From Candidatus Latescibacterota bacterium (GTDB taxonomy: Bacteria; Latescibacterota; CBDEFO01), in contig OZ252149.1 in NCBI GenBank assembly GCA_965248755.1, positions 1-64,000 of the forward strand: a DNA stretch of 64,000 nt, given 5' to 3'. Each line of letters begins with the position of its first letter. The first letter of the stretch is position 1. Below are positions 42,352 through 52,779 of this stretch, piece after piece. Made by a program: the position numbers and the translations under genes. Below the pieces are notes generated by a model. The model ran no database searches. It saw only the letters and a program-made list of their open reading frames with translations, and had not been told where the DNA came from.

Positions 42352-43710
42352 ATGGATTCAACAGAAGACGATGTCCTTGCACCCGAATATCTCAAACGCA
42401 TAGTCTTAGACTTAACACAGATGAGCGAGTTCGTGCAGGATCCACTCATCATGGCAAAAGCCGACGGCGTGTGGTACGAGGATGTGAACGGAAAACGCTA
42501 CCTGGACGGGATTTCGGGCATTTTCGTCGTCACAGTCGGGCACAACAATCGCAGGATCATAGAGGCTATGAGAAAACAGCTCGATACACTTGCTTTTTCC
42601 CCTCCCATGCACTCTACGAATACCCCCGCTGTCCAGCTCGTGAAACTGATCTCCGAAATCACGCCCGGTGACCTGAACACCGTAAAACTTCTAAGCGGCG
42701 GGTCAGAAGCCACAGAAGCGGCGATGAAACTCGCTCGCCAGTATCATAATCAGACCGGAAATCCCGGAAAGTACAAGATAATATCTCGATATCTTGGCTA
42801 TCACGGGGCCACCTTCGGAGCGCTAAGCGCATCTGGAACACAGAGACGAAAGAGGATGTTCGAACCCACACTCTCAGGATTTATACATGTATTCCCGCCA
42901 ACCTGCTATCGCTGTCCCTTTGAAAAGGAATATCCATCCTGCGAAGTCCTGTGCGCCTCGATCATCGAAGATACGATAAAACTTGAGGGTCCCAGTACTG
43001 TCGCGGCCATCATAATGGAGCCGATAGGAAACACGGGAGGTATCGTTACGCCGCCGCCTGAATACTTTCCTATGGTACGAGAGATCTGCGATAAGCACGA
43101 CATCCTTTTGATCTTCGACGAGATAATAACGGGCTTCGGCCGCACAGGAGAGATGTTCGCAGCACAGACATTTCACACTACGCCCGACATAATATGCATG
43201 GGCAAAGGGATGTCCAGCGGCTACGCTCCCCTTGCGGCTATTGCAATGAGCGACAAGGTGGCATCAGCCTTCTGGGGAAAGCCCGAAGACGAGGTCGAGT
43301 TTTCGCATGGACATACGTACGGGGGAAATCCAGTCGCTTCCGCAGCGGGAATAGCCTCCATAAGCGAGATTACAGAAAAAGACCTCCCCAAAAGAGCGCG
43401 CCAGATGGGTGCATACCTATGGTCCAAACTTGAGAACTTAAGGGACAAAACAGGAATTATAGGAGATATAAGGGGTAAGGGACTCTTCTTGGGAGTAGAA
43501 TTCGTGGTGGACACAGCCACAAAAGAGCGGTTCTCAGACGATCTCAACTTCGGGACTCAAGTCGGAAAGAAGGCGATCAAGAACGGACTCCTCACGCGCT
43601 TCGATCCTCACTGGATAGCCTTCGGACCGCCCCTTATAGTAACTGAAGAGGAAATAGACTACATGATGGACGTATTCGAAAAGAGCATATACGAAGTCTT
43701 AGATAGATGA
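42352..43710 (+). CDS. Class III PLP-dependent aminotransferase
   Basis: SGGSEA, YHGAT, FDEIITGFGRTG, GKGMSSG, GHTYGGNP. Confidence 0.93.
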   Translation: MDSTEDDVLAPEYLKRIVLDLTQMSEFVQDPLIMAKADGVWYEDVNGKRYLDGISGIFVVTVGHNNRRIIEAMRKQLDTLAFSPPMHSTNTPAVQLVKLISEITPGDLNTVKLLSGGSEATEAAMKLARQYHNQTGNPGKYKIISRYLGYHGATFGALSASGTQRRKRMFEPTLSGFIHVFPPTCYRCPFEKEYPSCEVLCASIIEDTIKLEGPSTVAAIIMEPIGNTGGIVTPPPEYFPMVREICDKHDILLIFDEIITGFGRTGEMFAAQTFHTTPDIICMGKGMSSGYAPLAAIAMSDKVASAFWGKPEDEVEFSHGHTYGGNPVASAAGIASISEITEKDLPKRARQMGAYLWSKLENLRDKTGIIGDIRGKGLFLGVEFVVDTATKERFSDDLNFGTQVGKKAIKNGLLTRFDPHWIAFGPPLIVTEEEIDYMMDVFEKSIYEVLDR

Positions 43711-44348
43711 GCATGATAGTAAACGAGATATTCTACAGCATTCAGGGAGAATCCACGTACGCAGGGCGTCCTTGCGTCTTTGTAAGGCTCACCGGATGCA
43801 ACTTAAGGTGCGTCTGGTGTGATACAACTTATTCCTTTTACGAGGGGACCAAGATGTCGGTGGATGAGATCATGGAAAAGGTCAAAAGCTACGGATGTCC
43901 CCTTGTGGAGATCACAGGCGGCGAACCCCTGCTCCAGAGAGAGGTCAGGGATCTTATGGAGGGACTCCTTGAGGAGGACTTTGAAGTCCTGTTAGAGACC
44001 AGCGGGAGCCTCCCCGTAGATAGAGTGCCAGAGGAAGTGATAAGGATCATAGACCTAAAACCGCCTGACAGCGGAGAATCGGATAAAATATGCTGGGAGA
44101 TACTGGATGACCTGCGACCGAGGGACCAGATAAAGTTCGTGATCTCGAGCCGAAAGGACTATGAATGGTCAAAAGAAGTCATAGAAAGACACAAGCTATC
44201 CGAAAAGGTAACACTTTTGATGTCCCCGGTGTTTAATGACATCGAATACAGAGACATAGCAGGGTGGATCCTGAAAGACCGCCTCCGCGTAAGGATGCAG
44301 ATTCAGATGCACAAGTTCATATTCGACCCGAACAAACGGGGAATATAA
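43707..44348 (+). CDS. queE: 7-carboxy-7-deazaguanine synthase (radical SAM)
   Basis: EIFYSIQGE, CNLRCVWCDT, TGGEP, QMHK. Confidence 0.93.
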   Translation: MSMIVNEIFYSIQGESTYAGRPCVFVRLTGCNLRCVWCDTTYSFYEGTKMSVDEIMEKVKSYGCPLVEITGGEPLLQREVRDLMEGLLEEDFEVLLETSGSLPVDRVPEEVIRIIDLKPPDSGESDKICWEILDDLRPRDQIKFVISSRKDYEWSKEVIERHKLSEKVTLLMSPVFNDIEYRDIAGWILKDRLRVRMQIQMHKFIFDPNKRGI

Positions 44349-45019
44349 TGAACATAGCCTTAGTTCTCCTATCCGGCGGGATGGACTCGGCCACCTGCCT
44401 CTGGTGGGTCAGGGATAGAGGGACAGAACATATATACACCCTTTCGTTCGATTACAACCAGCGGCACAAAATAGAGTTGGAGTACAGCCGAAAACTTTCG
44501 CAGATCGCAGGAGCAGTCCGGCACAAAGTTATCTGTGCTGACCTGACTCAGATAGGTGGAAGTCCGCTGACCGATCCCAATATTGACGTCCCTGCGGCCT
44601 CCGATGGTACGCAGTTTCAGACAGTTGTGCCCTTCAGAAACACTATCTTTATGGCCCTATCGGCCGCCTACGCGGAGACAGAAGGAATAGACAACATTTG
44701 CATCGCTGCCGTAAAGGACGACTACGCAGCATACCGAGATTGCCGGAGAGAGTTCTACGACAGTCTTGAGAAGGCCCTGAACCTGGGAGCTACCAGAGAA
44801 CGCGCTATCTGCATCCATACTCCCCTGATCCACATGTGGAAGTCACAGGTCGTAGCCACGGGTTTGAAACTCGGCGTTCCGTACGAACACACCCATACTT
44901 GCTATGAGGGAAAACGCCCCGCCTGCGGAGTCTGCGACGCCTGCGTCGAACGCATCCAGGCCTTTAAAGCCAACGGCGTGGATGACCCTCTGGAGTATGA
45001 ATCCAAGAGCAAGCAATAA
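44348..45019 (+). CDS. queC: 7-cyano-7-deazaguanine synthase, copy 1
   Basis: SGGMDS, YNQRH, VPFRN, YRDCR, TCY...CGVCDAC. Confidence 0.88.
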   Translation: MNIALVLLSGGMDSATCLWWVRDRGTEHIYTLSFDYNQRHKIELEYSRKLSQIAGAVRHKVICADLTQIGGSPLTDPNIDVPAASDGTQFQTVVPFRNTIFMALSAAYAETEGIDNICIAAVKDDYAAYRDCRREFYDSLEKALNLGATRERAICIHTPLIHMWKSQVVATGLKLGVPYEHTHTCYEGKRPACGVCDACVERIQAFKANGVDDPLEYESKSKQ

Positions 45020-45159
45020 CTTAAGGGCCAAATTGAGAAATGTCATTCTGAGGGATGAAACCTGGTGGATGAGGCATTCCTGTCTGACAAAGCAATCGCA
45101 CCTGTCTCTTGAACAGACAAGAATGTCTGTTCAACTGTCTGTGTTGAGAGGAAAGGAAG

Positions 45160-45525
45160 ATGTCAACTAAACCGAGCAAAAATCTGGAGACATTTCCCAA
45201 TCCCTACAAGGGTAGATACTACACTGTGGATATGAACTGTCCTGAATTCACAAGCGTGTGTCCCATAACAGGACAGCCTGACTTCGGGTCGATCAAAATA
45301 TCCTATGTCCCCGCCGAATTGTGTATTGAACTTAAGTCCCTCAAGCTCTACATTTGGTCCTACAGAGATGAAGGAATATTTTACGAAGATGTGACAAATA
45401 AAATATTAGATGACCTGGTAAAAGCGTGCGATCCTATATCTATGACCGTTAAAGGAGAGTTCAACGTCAGAGGAGGGATAACGACATCGGTGACGGCGAC
45501 TTACAACAAAGAGGAAGAAGCATAG
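45160..45525 (+). CDS. queF: preQ0 nitrile reductase (unimodular)
   Basis: [29 protein letters not shown]. Confidence 0.93.
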   Translation: MSTKPSKNLETFPNPYKGRYYTVDMNCPEFTSVCPITGQPDFGSIKISYVPAELCIELKSLKLYIWSYRDEGIFYEDVTNKILDDLVKACDPISMTVKGEFNVRGGITTSVTATYNKEEEA

Positions 45526-46206
45526 ATGGAAAGAGATCACGCCGTGGTCTGCCTGAGTGGAGGACTCGACAGCTGTGTGACCGCGGCGATAGCTCACAGG
45601 GAATACGAATTAGCGCTCCTGCACGTCAACTACGGACAGAGGACGCAGAAAAGAGAACTTACCGCCTTCCACGATATTGCTCAGTTCTATACAGCACAAA
45701 GAAAACTGATAGCCGACCTTAGTTATCTATCCATCGTAGGAGACTCCAGCCTAACAGATGCCTCTATCGAGGTTCCGAAAGCCGAACATGATCCCAGCAG
45801 AAGCGATGTTCCTTCCACCTATGTCCCCTTCAGAAACGCCAATATCCTTTGCGCCGCCGTATCATGGGCTGAGGCCATCGGCGCAACTAAAGTCTTTATA
45901 GGCGCTGTCGAGCCGGACTCCAGATACCCCGATTGCCAAAAACCTTTCTACAAGGTGTTCAACAGACTCGTAGCAGAAGGCACAAAGCCGGAGACAAACA
46001 TCGAAGTCTTGACCCCGTTGATAGGAATGAAAAAGTGGGAAATAATAAAAAGAGGTATTCTATTGAACGCCCCACTGCATCTGACGTGGTCCTGCTACGA
46101 AAGAGAGGACATAGCCTGCGGAGAGTGCGAAAGCTGTGTGCAAAGGGTAAATGGGTTCAAAGTAGCAGGAGTAGAGGATCTATTCCCCTATCAGAAACAG
46201 AAGTAG
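45526..46206 (+). CDS. queC: 7-cyano-7-deazaguanine synthase, copy 2
   Basis: SGGLDS, YGQR, TYVPFRNA, YPDC, TWSCY...CGECESC. Confidence 0.9.
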   Translation: MERDHAVVCLSGGLDSCVTAAIAHREYELALLHVNYGQRTQKRELTAFHDIAQFYTAQRKLIADLSYLSIVGDSSLTDASIEVPKAEHDPSRSDVPSTYVPFRNANILCAAVSWAEAIGATKVFIGAVEPDSRYPDCQKPFYKVFNRLVAEGTKPETNIEVLTPLIGMKKWEIIKRGILLNAPLHLTWSCYEREDIACGECESCVQRVNGFKVAGVEDLFPYQKQK

Positions 46207-46207
46207 A

Positions 46208-46267
46208 CAGCTACAGGGAAAGGTAAGGGCAGACCCGTGTGTCTGCCCTTACCTTTCCCTGTAGCTG
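46208..46267. terminator. Perfect 27-bp inverted repeat between convergent genes
   Basis: CAGCTACAGGGAAAGGTAAGGGCAGAC-6 nt loop-exact reverse complement. Confidence 0.65.
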
Positions 46268-46342
46268 ATTGAATTCCCGATTGACTCTACCGGGGACAAG
46301 GCTTGGGGGAGGTGCCCTGTCTACTGTTTGCTGTCTACTGAT

Positions 46343-47317
46343 TCAATATCCCCTCGTTTTGTCCACAACGTTGAGCAATTCCCTCCCTTGTGAGAACCTT
46401 TCCAGGTTCTGGCAGAAGATGTCCACAGACCGATCCATAAAGTGAGGCGAAACGCCCGCTGAATGAGGTGTGATGATCACGTTGTCAAGACTGTAATATT
46501 CGTCGTCGCTGTCGAGCGGCTCCACTTCAAATACGTCTAAAGACGCCCCTCTTATCCATTTGTGCTTGAGAGCCTTGACAAACGAGGGCTTATGGACTAT
46601 GGATCCTCTTGCCACATTGATAAGAAAGGCGCTCCTTTTCATCTCTTTTAAGACGTTCTCATCTATCATTCCTTCTGTCTCCGGAATAAGAGGGAGAGTA
46701 AGTACAAGGAAGTCCGCCTGTCTGACCACCTCCATAAACTGATCCAGGGGATAGAGTTCGTCAACGTTTTCATCCCCTTCGGATACATCCCTTTTGACGG
46801 CCACCACCCTCATTCCCATCGCCTTTGCCCTTCTGGCTGTGGGCTTCCCCACGTTTCCCAAGCCCAATATCCCTATAGTTTTCCCGTATATTTCATCTAT
46901 CAGTGGAGCAACCTGGTCTTTTGCCCATTCCCGACGCAGTTGATTTTCATAGCACCTGTAGAACTGATGCGCAAGCGCTATCATCGTCCCGATGATGTGC
47001 TCAGGCGTCTGAACCCTGTGAGAGCCGCTGGCGGTGGTCAGTACGATATCCCTTTCCGTAATCTCAGGATGGTGGAAACCATCCACACCGGCAAATGTGG
47101 ACTGTATCCACTTCAGATTAGAGGTCAAAGCCGCCGATTCCTTCGAGACGTGTATTGCGTAGAGTATCTCTGCGTCAGCGATTTCCCTTCTACATCCCTC
47201 CTCTGATTCCACGAAGACCACGTCGTAATCATCGGAAACGCTCGATATTTTCTCAAGATTCTCCTCTGAAACCTTCCAGAAGCCTTCCTTGTCGAAGACT
47301 GACACAAGGACGTCCAC
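46343..47317 (-). CDS. D-2-hydroxyacid dehydrogenase
   Basis: GLGNVG, INVARG, LDVFEVEPL, TPHSAG. Confidence 0.9.
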   Translation of the reverse strand: MDVLVSVFDKEGFWKVSEENLEKISSVSDDYDVVFVESEEGCRREIADAEILYAIHVSKESAALTSNLKWIQSTFAGVDGFHHPEITERDIVLTTASGSHRVQTPEHIIGTMIALAHQFYRCYENQLRREWAKDQVAPLIDEIYGKTIGILGLGNVGKPTARRAKAMGMRVVAVKRDVSEGDENVDELYPLDQFMEVVRQADFLVLTLPLIPETEGMIDENVLKEMKRSAFLINVARGSIVHKPSFVKALKHKWIRGASLDVFEVEPLDSDDEYYSLDNVIITPHSAGVSPHFMDRSVDIFCQNLERFSQGRELLNVVDKTRGY

Positions 47318-47415
47318 GACATCAACTCTCCTCTACTGACAGCGCCCTATCATTGCGTTTTCGTAGGAGCCAGGTAACCTCTCCCCCGCTCCAAGATTTT
47401 CTCGACTTCGTCTAC

Positions 47416-49260
47416 TTAAGATACTAAATCATTTACCTTATCGACTATATTTTTCCATCCGATGCCAAATTTGTACAAGAGTTCATCTGCCTTTCCCGAT
47501 TCAGGGAATGACTCTATCCCCATCTTATGGACGGCTATTCCCTCTGGACATAGCACCTCCATCAGAGCATCGCCCAATCCTCCTACGATGTAGTGATCAT
47601 CCACTGTGATCAGGCTTCCTCCTGTACTCGCTACGGCTTGAACCAGGAGGTCTTTAGCTACAGGCTTTATAGAATAGGCATCTATCACCTTGACGTTTAT
47701 GCCCTCTTTTTTGAGTTCCTCGTAAGCCTTCAAAGCTTCGGTGACCGTATAACCAGCCGCTGCGAGCGTAATTTGGTCATCTTCACTTTTCCTGATTACC
47801 TTAGCTCCTCCGATGTGAAATTCTTCGTCTTTGCCGTAGATTACGGGCGTTTTAGGCCTTGAATTTCTGATATATACGAAGCCCTGATGCTGGGCGGCAC
47901 AGACTGTCAGCCTTTCTGCTGATACACCATCGGAGCCGCAGAGGACGACAGAATCCGGTATAGCTCTCATGAAACTTAGGTCAGCTAAAGCCATTTGACT
48001 TACGCCGTCCTCCCCTATCGAAACCCCGCAGTGGGAACCGGCAACTTTTATATTGGCTCTGGAGTAGGCGGCCATCTCTATCTGATCGTAAGCCCTCTCA
48101 AAGAATCGCCCGAACGAGTTGGCAAAAGCTATCTTCCCCGCTTTGGCAAATCCGACCGCCGCGCTTATCATATTCTGCTCAGCTATTCCGAAGTCGAAGA
48201 ACCGGTCCTCAAACTCCTTTTTAAAGACATTGCTGAAAGTGGAATTGCTGACATCCCCATCCAGGACTACTATCCGAGGGTTTACTCTTCCTATCTTTGC
48301 TAAAGCCCTGCCATAAGCCTCCCGCGTGGCTATTTCATATCCCAGATCGTACTCAGGTTTTTCTATATCAAAGGAAAGATCTTGACTCTGAATGTCTTTA
48401 GACGAAGGCCTTTTTATGGAAAAGACAGGCCTGTCCGAGCCGTAGTCAGGCAGGGCTAATTCCTCAAGTGCCCTCTTTTCCTCCTCCTCGGAAAGGGCCT
48501 TTCCGTGCAGGTCTAACACGTCTTCGGTGAATGAGACTCCTTTGCCCTTGACCGTCTTTGCCAGCAGCATCGTCGGCCCTCCGTTGGATGACCGTGCAAA
48601 TTCAAATCCGTCGAGTATCTGGTCAAAATCGTGGCCGTCGATCTCCCTGACTCTCCATCGGAACGCCTCTAATTTCTCTTTTAGGGGCTCGGTGTCCATG
48701 ATGTCCTTACACCATGCGCTCTGTTGGAGGCGATTTCTGTCTATTATGGCGCACAGGTTATCCAACTTGTAATTAGGTGCGCTCAAGAGTGCCTCCCACA
48801 CCTGACCCTCATTGATCTCCCCGTCGCCCATAAGGACATAGACTCTATAGTCGAGACCATCCAGCTTTCCGGCTAACGCCAGACCTATCCCGAGAGACAG
48901 ACCCTGTCCCAGTGCCCCGGTTGCGGCGATGACGCCCGGAAGCCTTGTGGTGGGATGGCCCTCCAACCTACTGCCTGTTTCTCTGAGAGTCGTCAACTCC
49001 TCAAGGGGGAAATACCCTGACTCAGCCATAACGACGTACAAGCCCGGGGCTGCATGACCCTTCGACAGAATGAACTTATCGCTATAAGGGTTGGACGGAT
49101 CAGACGGATCGTGCCTCATCTCGTGGAAAAAGAGTACAGCCATAATATCCGCCGCGGACATACTCGACGTGGGATGGCCCGAGCCCGCCTTTGTAGTTAT
49201 CTGTACTATACGTCTCCTCATCTGGATAGTTTTGTACCTCAACGACTCTTTAAGATCCAC
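47416..49260 (-). CDS. tkt: Transketolase
   Basis: SGHPTS, LSKGHAAP, LEGHP, GDGE, IAEQNM, GEDG. Confidence 0.93.
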   Translation of the reverse strand: MDLKESLRYKTIQMRRRIVQITTKAGSGHPTSSMSAADIMAVLFFHEMRHDPSDPSNPYSDKFILSKGHAAPGLYVVMAESGYFPLEELTTLRETGSRLEGHPTTRLPGVIAATGALGQGLSLGIGLALAGKLDGLDYRVYVLMGDGEINEGQVWEALLSAPNYKLDNLCAIIDRNRLQQSAWCKDIMDTEPLKEKLEAFRWRVREIDGHDFDQILDGFEFARSSNGGPTMLLAKTVKGKGVSFTEDVLDLHGKALSEEEEKRALEELALPDYGSDRPVFSIKRPSSKDIQSQDLSFDIEKPEYDLGYEIATREAYGRALAKIGRVNPRIVVLDGDVSNSTFSNVFKKEFEDRFFDFGIAEQNMISAAVGFAKAGKIAFANSFGRFFERAYDQIEMAAYSRANIKVAGSHCGVSIGEDGVSQMALADLSFMRAIPDSVVLCGSDGVSAERLTVCAAQHQGFVYIRNSRPKTPVIYGKDEEFHIGGAKVIRKSEDDQITLAAAGYTVTEALKAYEELKKEGINVKVIDAYSIKPVAKDLLVQAVASTGGSLITVDDHYIVGGLGDALMEVLCPEGIAVHKMGIESFPESGKADELLYKFGIGWKNIVDKVNDLVS

Positions 49261-49478
49261 TTTGTTCTCCTTTAAGTTATATCTTACAGAGACTTATCTA
49301 TATTCTATTAAGACCTTATGCGCCCTGGACAGATAATATACTGATCGACATTATGTGTGTCAAGACAAATCTCAAGAATTTGACCTGAAGTGCTCTAACC
49401 CGAATAATTCACAAAAAAGGCCGTGTATTAATTGAGGGATTGTATTATATTAGGTAATGCCGTTTAACCACCTTCGGT

Positions 49479-49599
49479 GTCATTGCGAGCCGAAGGCGAA
49501 GCAATCTCGATTCTGTGGTAGATGTAATACTCTCCGGCTCTCATAGGAAACCACTATAAAACCTTGAGATTGCTTCGTCGCTTTGCTCCTCGCAATGAC
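49479..49599. repeat. REP-like inverted repeat pair
   Basis: GTCATTGCGAG...GAAGCAATCTC / GAGATTGCTTCG...CTCGCAATGAC; partial copies near 27480-27602. Confidence 0.65.
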
Positions 49600-49718
49600 T
49601 CCACCGAGTTTATGAATTAATCGGGCTAAAAGGCATGTCATTCGTTAAAGGACTGCCTGCAAGATGCCGATTATATAGTTAGAACAAGCGAAGAACACGC
49701 GGAGAACAGACGTAATCT

Positions 49719-51317
49719 TTGAACGCAGATCTGACGGAGATAATACAAGTGGCTGATAGATTCGAAACGTTGACAGGTGACGAGTCAAGAACCGCCGTAT
49801 TAGAAGGCCTACGTTCTGCACCTGACAACGGTCACGATAACGTATCTGTAGCCAGCCTATCATCAAGTACTCTCTTTTCGGGCTTGACAGATGACGATTA
49901 CACCGTGTTGGCGGCGTTAGGAAGGCGCATGAGCTTTGATGACGCTTCCGTTATCATACGCCAAGGCGATCCTGCCGAGGCACTATATGTACTTGAGAAG
50001 GGCATGGTAATCGTAGAAAAGAGCACGGTCGAAAGGCAGGAGGAGATAATAGCGGCGCTTGAGGAAGGCGAATGCTTCGGTGAACTGTCGCTTATTACGG
50101 CTGGGCGCCGAAGTGCGCCAGTAAGGGCTATGGGCAAAGTGACGGTCATTACCTTTCTTCACAAAGAGCTGCAGGACTTTTTCCAGAAAAGTCCCCACGC
50201 TCACCTTCGAATTATGATCAACTTAGCTCAGACCATAGCCATCAGGCTCCAAAGGTCCAGCGATATTTTCATACATGACATCTATGACAGTGTGATAATT
50301 GTAGACAAAGATCACAAAATCCTAAGATGGAGCAAATCGAAAGAGAACAACTATTTTTCCCCTAAAACGGCTATCGGAGCAGATATACTGGACGCTATAC
50401 CGGGGCTTGCCCAGGCCGATATAGAGACAAAGATAAAGTCGGTCATAAAAGAAGAGAAGATCAGCTCGGTTGAGACGAAGCACAGGATGGGAAGCGGCGA
50501 GGTGATATATATCCAGTCTACGCTGACCCCCTTTGTGGATGAGGGTAAGATCAAAGGTGTAGCGATAATAAATAAGAATATCTCAGAGCTTAAGAGATTG
50601 GAGAATGAGTTAATAGAGTCCGAGAGGTTGGCGGCTGTGGGACAGATGGCGACGGAGATAGGGCACGAAATGGGCAACTATCTGACGGTGATCTCAGGAT
50701 ACGCATACTGGCTCAAGTCAGACATCAAAAGTGGGGACTACGATAAGACTTTCAGCGGGGCGGAAATCATACAGGAACACGTAGAAAAGATGAGGAGATT
50801 CGCCGACGGACTGATGGATTCCTCAAAGCGAATGACGCGAAAAAATACGTGTAGCATAAACGACCTTATAACCAGATCGATCGATTTTATAAAGTTTCAA
50901 AACACTTACGATTTTGTCACGTTCAAATTAGCATTAGCTGAGGACGTTCCGCCGATCCAGATTGACGCCTTTCAGATACAGCAGGTGCTCTTAAATCTCT
51001 ACAAGAATGCGGCAGACGCGTCTCCAAATTGTACGATCTTAACTTCTTCCAGATTGTTAAGATATAGCAACTATGTGGAGATACAAGTCAAGGATGACGG
51101 TCCTGGAATACCCCAGGACATAAAGGACAAGATATTTGAAGCTGGGTTCACAACCAAAGAAAAGGGGCACGGGTTCGGTCTTTTCGTGTGCTACCGCATA
51201 GCCAAGAATCACAACGGGACGATGATAGTGGATAGCCTCGCCGGAAAAGGCACAACCTTCAAGATTCTCCTCCCCTGCGGAAAAGGACAGTCAAGGACAA
51301 AGCAACTATACGACTGA
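49719..51317 (+). CDS. cNMP-binding/PAS sensor histidine kinase
   Basis: CFGELSL...RRSA, HEMGNYL H-box, NLYKNA, DDGPGI, GFGL. Confidence 0.88.
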   Translation: MNADLTEIIQVADRFETLTGDESRTAVLEGLRSAPDNGHDNVSVASLSSSTLFSGLTDDDYTVLAALGRRMSFDDASVIIRQGDPAEALYVLEKGMVIVEKSTVERQEEIIAALEEGECFGELSLITAGRRSAPVRAMGKVTVITFLHKELQDFFQKSPHAHLRIMINLAQTIAIRLQRSSDIFIHDIYDSVIIVDKDHKILRWSKSKENNYFSPKTAIGADILDAIPGLAQADIETKIKSVIKEEKISSVETKHRMGSGEVIYIQSTLTPFVDEGKIKGVAIINKNISELKRLENELIESERLAAVGQMATEIGHEMGNYLTVISGYAYWLKSDIKSGDYDKTFSGAEIIQEHVEKMRRFADGLMDSSKRMTRKNTCSINDLITRSIDFIKFQNTYDFVTFKLALAEDVPPIQIDAFQIQQVLLNLYKNAADASPNCTILTSSRLLRYSNYVEIQVKDDGPGIPQDIKDKIFEAGFTTKEKGHGFGLFVCYRIAKNHNGTMIVDSLAGKGTTFKILLPCGKGQSRTKQLYD

Positions 51318-51329
51318 AAATACTCAAGG

Positions 51330-51680
51330 ACGAACGAGGGTGGAAAAGACGGCGAGACCGTCGAAAGCCTCCCCTGTTCGTGATGCGTTTGAAACCGGAG
51401 GGAGTGGTCACACACTTCCGTCTCTATTAACGACACATAGCTCGAAGTTGCGGCCACGTATGACGTTGAAAGAGTATCCGCGACCCGTCAGAATGAAAAG
51501 TATACCTCTCCGCTCTTTTCTGCTTCGAACGTCAACTGTCTGATGTTTTTGAGATAAACAGAATCCGACACGGAGTCGGCGATCGACCTGTTCAAATCAT
51601 CGGCGTCTGAATTAGACGATAATAAGCTCAAAAGGATAACTGCGAATGTCAAAGTAGTCCTCAAGGCGGGACCATCGGGT
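51330..51680 (-). pseudogene. TolB/PD40 beta-propeller remnant
   Basis: NIRQLTFEAEKSGEVYFHSDGSRILFQ followed by out-of-frame FKRITNRGGF/DGLAVFS. Confidence 0.5.
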
Positions 51681-51745
51681 TCCGCGTTAGCTCAGGTAAT
51701 TACTACCTTAAGCGTTGCTCCTAGGTGGAATGAGTTCTTTTCGTT

Positions 51746-52633
51746 TTATCCCTTTTCCCCCTTATAGTTGGGCAGCTCAGCAGAGGAACTTCCCGTATCC
51801 AGTAGGCGACCGACTGCACGAGTCAATTCTGCTTGGTCTTTGAGGGCTACGCCGATTCGCTCGGCAAGCTCTGTGAGTACTAATCGGATACTCATAGCCA
51901 CTTCCAGACATTCATCATCCGATTGGGAATGAAGACCTTTGCTGAGAGCCTTGTGCAATAAGGTCAACGGATTATGTCCATTTATCAGTAAGACTTCAGG
52001 TATAGCATCTTTCACTTCTCCTACGGCTTTGCTGAACTGAGTCTGATTTTTTGCAGCTTCAAGTTGATGAATTACATCGGGCGAAGCTTCGGATTTCTTA
52101 GCTACACGTATTATCTCGCTAATTAGACGATCCTTTTGGTTTTCTACTACCCGTCGGTAATAGGCAAAAGCTCCTATTCCAAGACCTTGGTTTTCAGAAC
52201 ACCGTCCTTTAATGAAGAAGTCACGGTCTGGTCCTATAAGTTTGATTACTCTCGGCGGTACTGGTGGGCCGAAAGGGGGAAACTCACCGATCTTGTATGT
52301 TACTCCAACTCCCTTTGCATCTGATCGTGTGGTGATGAGAGTAAAGATCTTCCTGCTTTGCTGGCAATTCTTACAAACATATTGGAGAAAGGTCATTTTC
52401 AAATTATGGCTAATTTCTGTTGATTCTGGTCCATCCCCACAGTCAAACAAACGTTCTCCGTTACACAATTCGGATGTACAGTGCAGTTGAAGTGGGGGGG
52501 CATTGACGTCCCTTGAAGATGCCGTGTAAAGATCCTGAATTTCCGCTTCCGCCCCTGGAGGTTCCTCTTCCAGAAACTCCGAGAATCTCATAGTTCTACG
52601 TTCAACTTTAGGATCATGACCTTGTTGGTTCAT
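51746..52633 (-). CDS. Hypothetical protein, zinc ribbon plus DUF4145/HEPN-like helical domain
   Basis: Cys pairs, AFAYYRRVVE, LHKALSKGLH. Confidence 0.6.
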   Translation of the reverse strand: MNQQGHDPKVERRTMRFSEFLEEEPPGAEAEIQDLYTASSRDVNAPPLQLHCTSELCNGERLFDCGDGPESTEISHNLKMTFLQYVCKNCQQSRKIFTLITTRSDAKGVGVTYKIGEFPPFGPPVPPRVIKLIGPDRDFFIKGRCSENQGLGIGAFAYYRRVVENQKDRLISEIIRVAKKSEASPDVIHQLEAAKNQTQFSKAVGEVKDAIPEVLLINGHNPLTLLHKALSKGLHSQSDDECLEVAMSIRLVLTELAERIGVALKDQAELTRAVGRLLDTGSSSAELPNYKGEKG

Positions 52634-52779
52634 TTCACATATTCACTTGAGGCGAATGAGTTCCTTGTAATCATAACCGTTTATGGATATCCTCTTGTAG
52701 CTTTTTGGTATCTTATTCCGTTTCTGTAGTAGAAACCTTTATAATTTCTGTCGACCTGCATCTCACTTCATTACTCTAT

